Assembly (NCBI RefSeq): GCF_009914755.1
Contig: NC_060945.1
Length of the DNA stretch: 64,000 nucleotides
Source: the human T2T-CHM13v2.0 reference genome, Homo sapiens
Direction: 5' to 3' (one strand)
The notes beneath the pieces are model-generated. The model was not told the DNA's origin and made no database searches. It was given only the letters and a program-made list of their open reading frames with translations. Position numbers and translations under genes: made by a program. Below are positions 15,989 through 30,942 of the stretch, piece after piece (position 1 is the stretch's first letter; each line of letters starts with the position of its first letter).

Positions 15989-16139
15989 CCCCCAGAAAGT
16001 AGGTAACTATGTAAAGTGATAGATACGTTAATTAAGTTGATTGTGGTCATCATTTCACAATGTGTATGGACATCAAAACATTATATATATCTTAAATGTA
16101 AACAATTTTTATTGTCAATTATAGCTCAATAAAGCTGGG
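15989..16139 (+). mobile_element. Severely 5'-truncated L1MA9/10-like insertion
   Basis: ggtaactatgtaaagtgatag...attgtcaattatagctcaataaagctgg; TSD aaaatattg(c/t)tcc at 15976-15988 and 16140-16152. Confidence 0.85.
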
Positions 16140-16781
16140 AAAATATTGTTCCATTTCCTTCTGGTCTTGACATTTTCTAATGAGTAATCTGATACCATTC
16201 AAATATCTATTGTTTAGGACACAAATCAAAATTACTCAGAATTTGAAGAGCCAGGAAAATATCAACTTGAGTGGGAAAAGGCAATCAACATATGCCCTTT
16301 ATTGTGCAAAACTCGGGTAACAGGTAAACAAGATTAACAGGGACCGCTAGGATCAAGAAATGGAAGATGCCTCCCTACATACATCTGAGATGAATCCACA
16401 AAGATATCAATGTGAGTATGGGATGGCTTCCCATATAGTGATCAAGTAGATTGTCATATTTAAAAAAATTAAATAATTATTTTATGTTTGAAAAGGAAAG
16501 TTTATCAATTAAATTTATAAGTTTCCAATCTGTTAGACCTATGCTTTGATCACCTTTCATCAGAACTTGCCATCTACCATCTACCCAACTTAGGGTTGCT
16601 AATTAGCTAGGATAATTATCACACTCATGTCCTTATATGCAAACCTTTATTTTTCTTGGTCACTGAAGAAGAGTCTCAGTTTAGATATAGGTTTTCTGTG
16701 TAAGAAAATCTGTTTTACAGAAATGTAAATACATTTTCTCTCTTACTCTAATGCTTAAACCAAAATATGAGCATAATAATA

Positions 16782-16874
16782 CTATAGTTATATAGTATTA
16801 TTAGTATATATAGTATATAGTATATATAGTTATATAGTATTATTATATAGTATTATAGTTATATAGTATTTATT
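16782..16874. repeat. Degenerate AT-rich (TATAG-based) simple repeat
   Basis: Repeated tatagt/tatatagt units. Confidence 0.9.
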
Positions 16875-18298
16875 AACAAATAAAAATTTAATTGTAAAAC
16901 TGAGTACATTAATTTTGCTTCTTTAGTAATACACAGAAGGGGTCCTTAGTGAATAAGTTGTATTCCCAAGATAGCACAGCAAATTAATAATAGAGTCAAG
17001 TGGGAACCCTGGTTTTCTTTTTCAAGTATTAGTACAATACAGTGTTTAGAGGGTTCCAGAAGAGGAATATTCCTTCAGCATATTAGACACCCCTTAAGAT
17101 CAAATTGATACCAAATTGATTTTCAGAAATGTTCTACTTGCTGCATTGTGTTAAAAATAATCTTCAAAAGTAACAGTGGAAGATGTACGTATTTTGGGCC
17201 CACAGACTTCTGAGTTCAAATCAATCTTCTGTCCATTAGTAGCTAACAAGTACTTTATTTGAACTTGAAAATAGTGTAAGTTAAACTTATTCTTAATGAA
17301 GAATTTAGCTTGGAAGCTATCGCTATGTCTGACACATTTTCAGTAACCATTTATTTTCTGCCTTCTTTGGCTGAAATGTCATTTAATAAGATGCCTTTAT
17401 AATTTTAATAATCGTGTAGTCTAATTCACCAATTATATAATACAATTGTTTAAAAACCTATTTAAGAACAATTAATCTAAATAATTCCTATTTTATTATA
17501 TTTTAAATAAAATTTATATTCTGTTTAAAAATTTGCATATAGCTACCAATGATAATTACATTTAACATTTTTTGGCTATTGTATCCTAAAATTTTATAAG
17601 TTGATATCTCAAACACCAAGACTGATGACACAAAATAACTGTAATTTCCAGTTATTATCTCTAAAGGCGTGTCTACATTAGGCAGGATGTGGAAATGTTT
17701 GCTTAAAGGTGAGGAGCAGGTCTTAAAACAATAAAGCTGCAAGAGGAAAAGCTAAAATCCCTGACACAGCTCTTGAGAATGGGATGGTCAGGTCTGAAAG
17801 TGGGATCGGAAGCACCAGGTGAATTCACTGGCTTACTCAGTGTGTGAGAAAATGTGCCTCACCAGATTCTCTTGCTGATTCACATTTTCTGTATTAACAA
17901 TATTTTTTTTTCTGATTATGTGAACTACACAAATAGAAATCTGGTAGCTCAGATGTGTGAAATGAGTGACTGCTCATCATATTTGCTGTGATGGTTGAAA
18001 TTTATTTTTTCATTAGTCTGCTCATTATTACCAAAGAGAAAAGTGCATGCTTTGCTACACACAGCCACCGTCCATCTTGAGCTTATGCAGGGGAGGGCTC
18101 AGAGAGGAAGAAAGGGAGAAGAAAAACCTGAAAACAGGCTACACAGGGTCTGGGAAGAATGAGGGGGTTCAGGTTAAGCCAAGGAAGCCTGACTCTGTTC
18201 CAGGATGTGGCTACAACTACAAAACATAAACTTGCTTGTCTGCATGATTTTTTAGTCCCATCCACCTTCTCATACATTCTAAGAGCAGGAAGGTGTAG

Positions 18299-18632
<334 letters not shown>

Positions 18633-19954
18633 ATACTCTGTCATTTTTAATAGAGAATTAGGGCCTGATATTCCCTGAAGTTCCTATGAAAGTAAGTTAC
18701 TTGCTTTGGTTTTGTTTCTTTCCATAGGATGTCAGGGACAATGAGAGGACAAGCCCTGTTCTGGGTCAACCTATCATGTAGGACAGGATACTTTTCTCCC
18801 ACCTTCTTTGTTACAGGCACCCTGTGTCAGTCTCCACATCTAGCTCTATGTGCCCTCTCAGTCTCTGCTATGGCTCCTTGCTCTGGGAGAGACCACATAC
18901 CTCAAACTCAACATCATCTCTTACTTCCATCCACTCCACCACCTATCTATTGCATGTCAATAGACACATGGGGGAGGAGCATATTTCAGCTCAACTTACA
19001 AGCATTCAATTTCTCAGACACAGTGCTTATTCTGAGGGATGGATACCACTCTCGACACATGCTCTTCCCAGTACATGGTAGTTTTATATAAAAGTATAGA
19101 AGGGGCATACTTAAGAGAAAAATCAAACCAAACAAAAGAGACTTAAAAGACTTGAAAATAGCACAAGTCTTTTAAAGCCTCATTGAAGCAAATAACTACC
19201 ACTGAAATTTTAAAAGTCCCTGGGAAAAAAAGTCTAACCATGCCCAGGGCCAAGGTCTCTGTGCTCCGTTGGCTCCATCCACTCCTCACTTGTACCCTCA
19301 TGAGCAACCCCTGGACACCCAGCTGTGGCCTGTCTAAAGGGAAATGATCTCAGCAGTGCTGGGTTCTGCCCCTCCCTGCCTCAGCTGGTGATAGTGATCT
19401 TCTTTTTTCTTAGTTCTTCCACTTCTAGAAAACAACAATAAAAAATGGATTTACATTCTGATCAGTGTCTCAAAACTAGGTTCATTCTCCTGCCGCTTCT
19501 GGCTAGCTATATTGTTCCCAAATTAGTCAGCTATTCTCCATTTATACTAACTATGGTTTATGCATGTATAATGAATGCCTGTTAACATTGAATTTTTTTA
19601 TTTTAAAGAAAATAATTTTTAATTGAAATTAGTCTTTATTTTATTATATTACTGGCATATGAGACTTGATATGAAGATTTTTTTTTTTTAACTGGGAGTG
19701 CTTTCTGCTTGGTCAGCAGGAGAAACAAGAAGAATGGGTTTTTAGGGTCACTTAGGAAGACGTATTTTCTATTATCCTCTTTTTATGACAATCAGAGTTG
19801 TTCTGATGTTTCCAGTTTCTATATTTCTTTTTTTTTTTTTCTTCTTTCAGCATTTTGTTACCTGGAGGCCAGGTGATGAGATCTGAAATCATCTTATCTA
19901 AATCCAGCACACAGTTTATACCCACTGTACCTATCAAATTATTCAAAGGTCCCT

Positions 19955-20480
19955 TCTGATACATTGCAAAAATGGATACAACTTTTCCCTCCTTTTAGCT
20001 TCTTTCCTTGTGTAATGTGACTTTGAAGCTCTTACTATTATATCAAGAAATAAAATCTATTGTCTCTGGATTGGTCTTGTGACTGCTTTGGCCAATGGAA
20101 TACAACAACAAAGCTGTTGATATACACATTCCAACTCTAGGCCTCAAGAGCCTTGCCGAATTCCACCTGCTGTCCTGGGATCTCCGCCTTCCCCATAGAA
20201 CCAAGCGTGGGCTAGTCCCCTGGAGGATGAGATCTCACATAGTCCATAATCAAATGGGTCTCCTTCCTAGCCAGTAATACTGCAGACAAACGAGAGTTCC
20301 AGGTGAGACCAGGAGAAGTCCCTCCCTGAACCCAGTCCCTATGGCTGATGCACAAAATCATGAACTAAAAAATAGTGTTGTATTAAGCCAGTAAATTTTT
20401 TATGAGTTTGCTATGCTGTTAGATGTTTGTTTTCAGCCACTGTATTTTGTGGTAGTTATATATTATAAGGTAACTCATAA
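19955..20480 (+). mobile_element. MLT1G/H-type MaLR LTR
   Basis: ttgtgactgctttggccaatggaa, ctaggcctcaagag, gggctagtcccctggaggatgaga, ttaagccagtaaatttt. Confidence 0.75.
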
Positions 20481-20509
20481 TAATCCACACAATAAATTCC
20501 ATATATTTT

Positions 20510-20900
20510 GACATTATAATCAAGGCCTCTCTAGGTTTATATTTGCAGTCTCAATCCTGGTACTTTTCCCTTTGAAATACACTCTCAATTCATATACTTC
20601 ACATGTTTTCTTCATGTGATGCTGTTTTCTGTGACTCTGTATTTCCATATTTTATATGTATTGTGCCTTCTTACCACAATACCCTCACCTATCTGTTCTC
20701 GTGAACTCATACATTTTCTCCAGACCTTGTTCTAATATTATTGATTTCATAAAGATTTTTCCAACTCTTCCAAAAGATGGAAGTCCTTGACTGTCTGTTT
20801 CTACAATAATTCTCATGTGTCTTTCATGTATGGCATTTATCATGACACTGCATTTTCTCCTGTCTCCAGCACCTAGCACAGTAGTAGACATAGCTGCAGT
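20510..20900 (+). mobile_element. L2 3' fragment
   Basis: Ends in ctccagcacctagcacagtagtagacatag, typical of the L2 3' end. Confidence 0.55.
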
Positions 20901-21615
20901 AGCTTCAACCACTAGTCACAACAATCTGCTGTCTACTCTCCAACCCCACCTCCACGGGAAGAACACACCTCCCCCCTGTAGCCAGTACCACTGTGTCAGT
21001 TTCAACCTAGGTCTTACGAAATGTGGTGCTTCTTCTCACCCTTGTAGGTGCTTCCAATCACCATTATTGAGTTCTTTCAGAAAAGCTCATATCAAATAAA
21101 TCAAAGGGAAAAAGAGCTGCTAGAGCTTATGTGCTAAAGTGTGAGCAAGAAATTAATATCAAGTGTCATTGTTTCACTATATGTAGAAACAACTAACTGA
21201 GGAAATAGCTAAACTGATATTTGAGGGACAAACAAACTTAAGAGTTTGTGTGGTATCTTAAGATATTCTAAGGAGAAAGAAATTGAATCAAAACCTGGGA
21301 CATTTTGGTTGAAAACAAATTAGTTTTCTTAAAACATATTAAATAGTCTTTATGTCCTCAAAGGAACAGCCAACAATAAATATATTTCACTTCTTTAAAT
21401 TTGAACTCATTTTCATCAGTCTTTGTCAGAGATTTGTCTTTGAGCACATCTAGCTTGACTGAAAGTTATGTGTTGTTAAATTAATTTTTACCATAGTTTA
21501 AATGGACGCTAAGTACTCTCAAATGTTAAGGTTATATCTCTGATGGCATACAGCCCATGACAATATGAGAGAATGAAATATATTTTAAAAGGCATGACAT
21601 TGCTTCTCCTTTTAT

Positions 21616-21787
21616 GGGATGGAATTGGCATATTAAATGAAAATGCTGCTATCCTACAGCATTTTTTGTTAAACCTTTTTGATGAAAATATTTTTCTTGG
21701 AGAAAGGAGATAGTTATGTTTTAGTGAATTTCAGTATGAGGAAGCAAATTTTAAATGTCCTACTAAAACATCCTTTTATATATTAAC
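21616..21787 (+). repeat. Local duplication B, copy 1
   Basis: Matches 22687-22845; I count 8 substitutions and 2 one-base indels in the first ~110 nt. Confidence 0.92.
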
Positions 21788-21899
21788 CCCAATTTCTAAA
21801 GTAACATATGTTCAAGGTAAAAACATTTTGAGAATACTGAAATGTATAAGCTATAAGGTGAAATCCCATGATTTGGTACCCTAGAGCAAGTACAATTCA

Positions 21900-22296
<397 letters not shown>

Positions 22297-22686
22297 TCCT
22301 TACTCTTCCATAATATTAGATTAGGGATAGACATGCTAATACGTTTTGTTCTCCCTTATAAGAGTAGTGAGTATACAATTATTACCAAAATAAAGTTCAA
22401 GTATAAAATGATTGTATTAGATTTCTAATGGAAAAAGTACATAGTATGCTTTGATTTTAATTCCAAATAAACTCAAAAAGGGAAGATGATTTGCATTTTT
22501 CTACAGAAAATATGTGTAATACACATAATTCTGTGATGCTGCTTTATGACCTATTAATTTAAAAATGTAAGTGTAAACAGTTGGCTTGTTTCAGAAATAC
22601 AAGTGAGATTTTCCGTTAGCTCTTTCACTTTATGAGTTGTGGTTTAATATGATTACCGCACTGTAAACATCTGAGCTTACACGACA

Positions 22687-22845
22687 GGGATGGAGTTGGC
22701 ACATTACGTGAAAATGCTGCCATCCTACAGCATTTTTGTTAAACCTTTTTTGATGAAAATATTTTTCTTGGAGAGAGGAGATAGGTATGCTTTAGTGAGC
22801 TGCAGTAATAAGGAAAAAACTTTAAGTATCTTTTTATATATTAAC
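22687..22845 (+). repeat. Local duplication B, copy 2
   Basis: gggatgga.ttggca...tttatatattaac shared with 21616-21787. Confidence 0.92.
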
Positions 22846-23559
22846 AACTTAGAATGTTCCAAGTGAAATGTACATTTTTTCATTTATGTCTAAGTTTATA
22901 TGACAGCAGAATTTCAGTACTTAGATATATATTTTTTCTGAGCCATTCAAGGAAAATATGAAACTTAATTTTTTTCCTTTGGCAAGTTATCTGGTCCATG
23001 CCAAAGGGTTTCCAACTGCAGAACCATGACTTGTTATTTGTTATGCAAGACTAAATGTGACTTCCTTGCTGCTTCGAAATTTATTCAGTCAAAGTTTCTT
23101 ATGATCTACATGAACCATACAGAGAAGACAACCTACACTCCTTCAGGCAATTCATTCAATTCATCAAGAGAGAGAAATAAGGAGATTTAAATAAAGACTC
23201 TAGTGTAAATAATAACTACTATCATAAATAAGTTAATAGACTTTAAGCAAAAGTTAACATTTTACTTAGAGAGTGAAAGAAAATAGGCCATAAGATGGTC
23301 TGTGGAAGGTAAAAATAAACCAATTTTACTGACAGAACTATGGAATATTGATGTATTCATTGCTCTAAATGTGTCAGTTAATTCTCAGGAAGAAAGAACT
23401 AAGAAAAACTCAGGAAAACTATTTATAGCTCCAGATACCTATGTACTGATGGAAGAAAAATCTGAGTAATAAATCTAGTGAACAGGAACTTGAAAAGTGA
23501 ACACAATAAAAGTATTTTGAAGGTATTAAATTATTATTAGGAGTCAGAATATAGGTGTT

Positions 23560-23700
23560 ACTAACTCATTAAATCTTAAAAGTCTATTAGGTAGGCATAC
23601 TATATAGTGGCAGAGTGTTTAACTCTTTTGCACAAAATCACACCGTTGGTAAGAGGCAAAGTTGGGATTCATATCCAGGCCAGCTGGCGTGACTCTCATC
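23560..23700 (-). mobile_element. MIR fragment
   Basis: aaaatcacaccgttggtaagaggcaaagttgggattcatatccagg. Confidence 0.6.
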
Positions 23701-24399
23701 TCAAAATTTTGACTCTCATCTCAAAATTTCACTTTAGTACCTACTTACTTATTCAAGAAGGTAACTGAGATCTCAAATGAACACTAGAATATCTGGGTAG
23801 TCCTGACCCATGAAACATACCATCTTCACAGATTCATTCCATTCAGTGGGTTCAAACATCCATTCTATCTATTTCATTTTCAGAGGAAAACATATGCCAT
23901 CCATGAAAGGTGTTAGTTAGAGAGAGGAACACACAGGCATGCAGCGATTTGCAAACAGCCTGTAATTTAGAGATTGAATTCTAGGTTTGATATTTATCCA
24001 GGCAGATGATTTTTTTAATTTGAAAAATGCCCATCCTTGCCATCTAAGCCACAAAGTAAGCTTATAATTATGAATGCTTTCAATTTCAGAAGCTGACGAA
24101 GGAACTTAACGAGTAGAATATGAAAATGAAAGCTTATCATGTGTTCAAAAGAAGCAAATCTAATTGAAATGAGGGGAGTTAGAATTATATCTTCAAAATA
24201 TGCATGGGGATACAGCATATGAGCATAGCAGAGAAATTTTTATAAGATAAAATACAAAATTTAGGAGAACTTTATTTTTAGGAGAACTTTAAAAATATAT
24301 ATTTTTTATCATCCACAGCAAACGTCATCGTAATGAAGAGATCCCATCCTTCATGGTCACACTCACAGCAATATTTCATCTACTCCTCTCTCCTTCATC

Positions 24400-24595
24400 T
24401 GTTGTCTGTCTTTTCCGTGACTTTTCCTTCAACCTTCCTGTTTTTGAATGCATTTTGATGTTATCATATAGCATAATAGCTCTATGTCTCCTTCACTCTA
24501 TATAAAGCTCTTCAGCAACGGGAAATTTGTCATGTTTATCATTATGCTCTTAATACTTAGCACAGTATCTGGAGCTCAACAAACATTTTTAAAGA
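24400..24595 (+). mobile_element. L2 3' end
   Basis: tataaagctcttcagcaacggga...atacttagcacagtatctggagctcaacaaacattt. Confidence 0.6.
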
Positions 24596-25559
24596 GATTG
24601 CCTTATTGTAAGTAACAATGGGTATGTTGATCTATAATATGTTTTCTAGTGATGAAATTATTTAATTGCAGCTACCTAGAGTATTAAGAGAACTCATATA
24701 ATTCATTTGTGTGGAAAATATGCAATGATGATAATGATGATATATTTAATTCTCATAGTTTGAACAGTACATCTCCATCTTCTGTGGCAATAGATCATGA
24801 CGAAAGCATAGACTGAGTTTTTCATGGCCCAACAGGATGCAAAAGACAGACAATCAAACAAGCATTGAAGCCAAGCAGGATGGGAAATAAAATAAGAGAA
24901 TCAAAAAGGTCTTATTTGGCATAATCATTACTTCAGTAGAATTTAGGAAGAACTGAGGTGGGATATTATTGGAAATCAAGTATTCTTATGAGGCAATTGT
25001 AATTGATCCTGATTTAAGAGTTCGGATGGCTAAACAAGAAGTGTAACTAAGGAAAAATCAAAGACCAAATCCCAGAAGCAGAGAATGTTAAAGGATAAAA
25101 TTTAAAAAATCTAGAAAAGCCTGCTGACACATGATTTTGAATAATGGAATTCCAGGAGTTAGAGATTGGGACAATTGGCATAGTTATTTTAGATATTTGG
25201 AGGACAATAAAGAAAGATCCAGGGTTCACAACCAAAGGGAATATTTACTAAACAGGTAAGAGACCACTATGAATGTCGCTTTTGTTATAAACAAGTTTTT
25301 TAAATGACGTGATTTTAGCTTTGGAAACATAAACTTGTCAATAGCATTCAGGATGGATTCGAGGAAAAGCAAATACTGAATATGAAGAGGCCAGAGGTGA
25401 TAGTTCTTGAAAATAATTAAAAGAACCTGAACTTTGGTATGCCTGAATTTTGGCACAGAGAATTACAAAGAAGAGAGAGATAATTAAGAATATTTGGGGA
25501 GTAACCAAAAGTACATTTTATAAGGCCATAAAAGCATTTACCCCAGATGATGCTATAAT

Positions 25560-26720
25560 TAGAGATAGCATACAATGAACCTATGTTGTACTTAACAAGG
25601 TGTGATAATTAGAAAAGAGAGAGGCAAAATTAACCATACTCTCAAGGAAAAGCTTTATAAAACAATGAATATTTAGCTGTCTTGAAGGAAACACAAAACA
25701 TAGATAGGTAAAGAGAATATGTGGAAGAATTTCCACATAAGGAGTCAAAGCATGGGCCAGTGTTCTAGAATCAATAGTTACTCATTCTGATTTTAAGCTG
25801 GCATGGTAGGATCCAGACTGATTGAAACTACATTAATACAGAGTAGTTGTAGGGGGAAAAAGTTGGGATAGATAAATGTTTCAGACATTATTAATCTGGA
25901 AACTACATAGATATACTTAAATGTAAAATGAACAGCATAAGGGAGGTTTGTAAGCTCTGAAACAAACAAGCAAATTAAAAAAAGACATTAGAAATCATTC
26001 TTATAAGAGTATCAGTGAAGAATTGGACTTAGGTTTCATGGCAGATTAAGGTTCCATTAGGAGGCAATTAGAAGACAATGGTATTGATTCGCTAAAGATG
26101 AAAAGACAAATGCAAGAAAAATACTGTCTTGGTGTCTTTTGACAGAGATAGGAGCAGGATTACCCGAAGATAGCCAAGTTAGCTGGGGGTGGTAAGCAAG
26201 CATGCAAGCAGATAAAGCACTTTGGAAGAGCAACTAGGTGAGTGCGCACATATTCCATTTGTGATGGTGAAAGAATATCCTATTTGTGTAAAGATCTTTT
26301 AAGCAGATAGAAATGAAAACTGAAACCTTAGTAAGTATTTGAGGCTAGAGAGTTAGGTTAGATAAGATAGTCCAACTTACTTGAGTGGGTGATTTTCATA
26401 AAAAGGAGGGAGTGGACAAAGACTAAAAGATCAAGAATGGATACTTGGAAGGCCATTACTACTATAGGTCAGGAAGAAGAAAAACCAACCAAGAAATTAA
26501 GTGATGATGATAATGATGATGATGTCATAATAGTAATATATGCCAGTTTTTGAGCAATTATTCTGAGCCAGTGACTACGATAAGATCTTTACATTAAATG
26601 CTCATAACACCATCTTTAAATAAAGAAGTAGAATTGATAGAATTCAGTAAAATGCCAAGGCAATGTCTCAGTTATCAAGAGAGGGCAGATTTTTAGGATG
26701 ATCATCATCAGATCTTACTA
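25560..26720 (-). mobile_element. Degraded L2 with an embedded MIR piece (about 26500-26620)
   Basis: Purine-rich L2-like phrases; boundaries approximate. Confidence 0.45.
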
Positions 26721-27129
26721 AGACATCAAATGGATTAAAAAGTTCCTACGGTCTGGCTAAGGTAGGTACAACAAACTGGAAAGCCTGTTAAGGAAGAATA
26801 ATGACATTAGAAAAGGCAGGTTAAGGGCCTCTCTGCTGTTCAGTTAAGGATAAGAGCCAAAAATGGCCCAAAAATTCATGTGGAAGAATGATGATTTTAT
26901 GCTAACGTTGGCATGGTACTACTAAGAGTGTTTAAAGGATAAAGGATTACAAATGATTCCCAGCAGGCTGAACTCTTACACAAGTAATTCTATTCATAAA
27001 TGTTCTTTACTGGTTCTCATAGAATCAAAAAATTAATAATATAGATTTTTCCAAAAAATAAATAGTAGTAAGAATAATACTTATCTATTATTCATTATAA
27101 CAACCAAAGGGTTATATTAGCCTTGATAC

Positions 27130-27305
27130 TAACAACCTTTCAAGTTAGATCTTATTACGTGATTTCATAGTTAATAAAATTGAGATCTGGACCGTTTAAG
27201 TAATTTGCCCAACTCACCTAGCTCTACGTACCAGAAACAGGCTTCCAGACCAGATATACAAAGTCCCATAGCACTCCTCATTCCCACTGTTCCACACTGC
27301 CTCCT
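27130..27305 (-). mobile_element. MIR
   Basis: ttaagtaatttgcccaactcacctagct...ccactgttccacactgcctc. Confidence 0.7.
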
Positions 27306-30014
27306 GCAAAAGTTCATATTTACTTCTCTGCTCGTTAAGATAGAGATAAAAGATAAATAATTTAAACCAACAAAGGCACTGTATATAATTCCCTTTTAAC
27401 AGCTTTTTCATTAACTTGAGGTATTGGGGAACTGGGCTCAAATTAGTTGACAATTTAATGGTCTTAATCCCTCAAAGGTTTACTCAATTTATAAAGTTGG
27501 CAGAAACACGATTAATACCATTTGCCTTATGAAAACTATGGTTCCACAGTAAATAAACAAAGAATGTCACAAATGTGAGTTGTGCTCTGGAATAATAGGA
27601 AGATAGTTTAAGATGTGAAGAATGAGAGGTCACCATTATAGTAAACTATCTGCTGACAGATGATTGTTTTTATGTTTTTTGTAATTTCCACAAAATTTCC
27701 ACCTGAGGTCATTTTTAATTTATACCACACATTATCTCTCTTGATCCACCTTTTTCTTAAGGTACACTATGCTAAGGTTTTGTTTTTATTATCCCACCCA
27801 CATGCAGTTGGCCTACACAAACACACACACGCCCGGCCTGGGTTTTCTCCCAACACAAATACCCGTGGTATTCATACTATGGGAAAAAGAGTAGCTTGGT
27901 TAAAAGTTGATGTAGAAGTTTATTAATGTCCAAACCCAAACTTATTACATATTGTACAGGCAAATGCTACAAAATGATGAAGTTATGGAAGTAGAGTACT
28001 CAGAAGCTTAGAGGCCAAATATATATATTTTTATTTTGTCCAAAAAGAATATAAATATCATTGCCCCTAAACATGTGCATAATAGGAAACAAGGAAGGGC
28101 GTGACATCATTTGAAGAAAGTCAAGAATCACCTACACTCTTCCTTAAGTGTTTTTCTAATGGTGTGTTTTTTCACCTGAAAATACTACCTATAATTCTAT
28201 TAATATGATTTTTTTTCTCTCATACATACACACACAGAACACAATCATATTAATGAAAAAGAATGTTACCTGTGAGTGAAGGGTATTCAGTCAGGAATGC
28301 CACCAGTTTTACCTTAAAAAACAAAGACATATATACAGAATGGTCAAGTATGAAACTTAGCTGTACAGAACCCAGACAAGAAGAAAGGTGGGTTTCACAC
28401 TTAGGGAACTGCTGGTACATTCAGAACCAAAGAGAGCCTGTGAGGGGGAGCCCTGGGAAATAGGCGAGCTGAGAGGTAGGGAAAATCATGCATGTGCCAA
28501 TGGATGTGAAAGATATTTAAACGGATAAAGAATGACAGCTACAAAGTGGCCCATTGACTCACAGGCACGTTTACAGGTGCCGAGCAACGTATCAGCTCTT
28601 CTTCCCATTTTGGGGACGCTGGTTGTGTTGTCATGCATGTTTTTGCTCAGCAACACCTCCCGCACCTCTGCTTACCAGTACATGACATTAAAATACATGC
28701 ACTTTCACTTCTGAATTCCTTGTCCCCCAGCTGCAAGAATTTCATTTTGAGTGTATGTGGATTTTAAGTCATTCTGGTTGAGGATGATCACAAAAAGATG
28801 AAACTAGGAGATGGGGAGGGAAAAGGAAGACAAAACAGCAGGAAAAAACGCTTTGCCAAAGCAGCCACAGGAGAGATAAAAGAAGCCCAGCACTCACAAT
28901 CTTGTCTGAGGAAGGCAGCTCAGACATATGTGAAAGGGATTGATAGTGCCAGACCATAGTTCTCTGCTGGCACGCAGTACCTTAGAACAGAAAGTTAAGC
29001 CCTGGGTCCTTGTGAACAGCAGAAGAGGGCTGACAAACACCTGGTCCCCAGTGGCAGACTGAACGCGTTAAAAATGGTTACATGCAACTTTTTTCCATCT
29101 GAAGTATTCAAATTGCACAGTCTCTCTCATAGAATTAAAAATCAAAGTCATCATCAGAAAGATATTAAGTGTTTGGATGGAAGATCAGACCCTGAGGAAA
29201 AGAAAGTGCTTCTTAGAGTCTTACACGCAAACTGTCTGCCACAGAGCGCAATTTATAAGTATCTCATTTCAACCACGGAAGGAAAGAACGAAGGGTAAAA
29301 TGGAGATACATAAAATAATATTTATACTCTCTGGATCTAATATGTCATCTTTATAATTTTATTTTCATGAGTAATAAAAATCTTAAAAACAAACTTTTAT
29401 TAACGAGGTTAACCTGAAAATTGTCTCTTCATCATCTTTCGTCCCATAAGGTAAGGATCACACGTTGGGGCGCCTTCCTGCCACAGCCAGGAAACCTCAG
29501 TAAATGACAGCTCTTAGTTATAAGGTGTTAGAGTGATGAGGATTGTGCTAAGTTTGAGAGCACATGCCCGGTTTTTTAAAATTCAATTTTCTTAAACCAC
29601 TTGGTAAACCAAAGAAATAGGTCTGTGAGCCACAAGCTTTTCTCAGTCTGCCAGTTTTAACCTCTCAATGTCTTAAGTTCCTCAGCAGCAAACTGTCCTG
29701 CCACAGGGGCTTTTAAGTTAAAAAAAAAAAAAAAAAAAAAGAAAAGAAAAGAGAAAAGCACTAAAATGGAAATACAAACAAAGCAAAACCTTCAACTTAA
29801 GAAAATATGTGTTTTCCTAGACTTGTGGCTTTCAAACTTCAATTTCTGCTGTTATTTCTTTTTTTGAACACTTTGTGCTGAGTTGTTTTTTTTTCTTTGT
29901 ATTTGGTATGTGTTGATACTTCGACAGGAAGCTTATAAGGATGATATCCACTTTTGTGTGGTTTTATCAGAATGAATACTGGGGGAATAGAGGTATTCTA
30001 CTTGTAGATTAAAA

Positions 30015-30150
30015 ACACAACATGTACATACGTGAATATATAAAACATACGCAAACCCACAAACATATACACACATGCAGTCACAGATATACAAACGTAC
30101 ATGTATACACATAAATACATACACACACACATACATGTACACACACAGAG
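30015..30150. repeat. Degenerate (CA/TA)n tract
   Basis: Alternating purine-pyrimidine sequence, read directly. Confidence 0.85.
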
Positions 30151-30716
30151 ATTCAGAAACACATTTGAGAAGTCTGCCAGGCCTTCTGAAATGTATAAAG
30201 ACTCCTGTGGGAGAATATTTTGGGCTCTCTGGCAAGGGTAGACCAGAGTTTGTTTTTAGTATGGATCAGAGTCTGCCCAGAAAGTACTCCATATTGCTGG
30301 CCCTGGTAACCCTTACCAACTTCCCTGCACCTCATTTTGACCTTGCCTGTAACTGAAAAACAAAAGCTGCTGCTTTTGTTACTCTTCTTTAAACTGAAAT
30401 TTAAGGGAAACATGGCCCCGTTTCTTCCTGATCATTACATCTCACACTTTCATTCTTGTTCCTCTGTCCTGGGTAGCAAGTATTTTTTTAAGTAGAAACT
30501 TCCTTCAAATGATTGGATATGCAGATGACTTTTCCGATCCTCAGCTGAGGTGGCCTAAACATAGATGTGTTCATTTGTCCTGTGTTATTTTATTACTTCT
30601 GCAAATTATATAAGTTGGGCAACATCTCCAAAATACTTAAGTATAACAAAACTAGAGCTAAGGTTTAGACTTAGCATTTCAGTAATTTTTTTTAATTGAA
30701 TGAAGACACTGATTTT

Positions 30717-30942
30717 GTTTTATTTTCTTCTATTTTTATTATGTTTTAAACTTTTACTTTAGGTTCAGGGGTATGTGTGCAGGTTTGTTATATTGGTAAA
30801 TTCATGTCACAGGTGTTTCTTGCATAGATTATTTTGTCACCTCAGTACTAAACCGAGTACCTACTAGTTACTTTTTCTGCTCCTCTCCCTCCTCCCAATC
30901 TCCACCATCAGGTAGGGCCCGGTGTCTGTTGTTCCCCTTTGT
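30717..30942 (-). mobile_element. 5'-truncated L1PA13-16-like insertion (226 bp)
   Basis: tttaggttcaggggtatgtgtgcaggtttgtta; perfect TSD aagacactgatttt at 30703-30716 and 30943-30956 with a TTTT/AA site. Confidence 0.93.

Noticed and set aside
18729-19091. 120-aa ATG-initiated ORF after a splice acceptor
   Set aside because: No recognisable domain or coding-like composition; kept only as a possible non-coding exon.
21616-21787. snoRNA reading of duplication B
   Set aside because: A TGATGA is present but I find no properly placed CTGA box, terminal stem or H/ACA layout.
29720-29758. Orphan A21 tract as a retrocopy tail
   Set aside because: No upstream poly(A) signal, element body or TSD.
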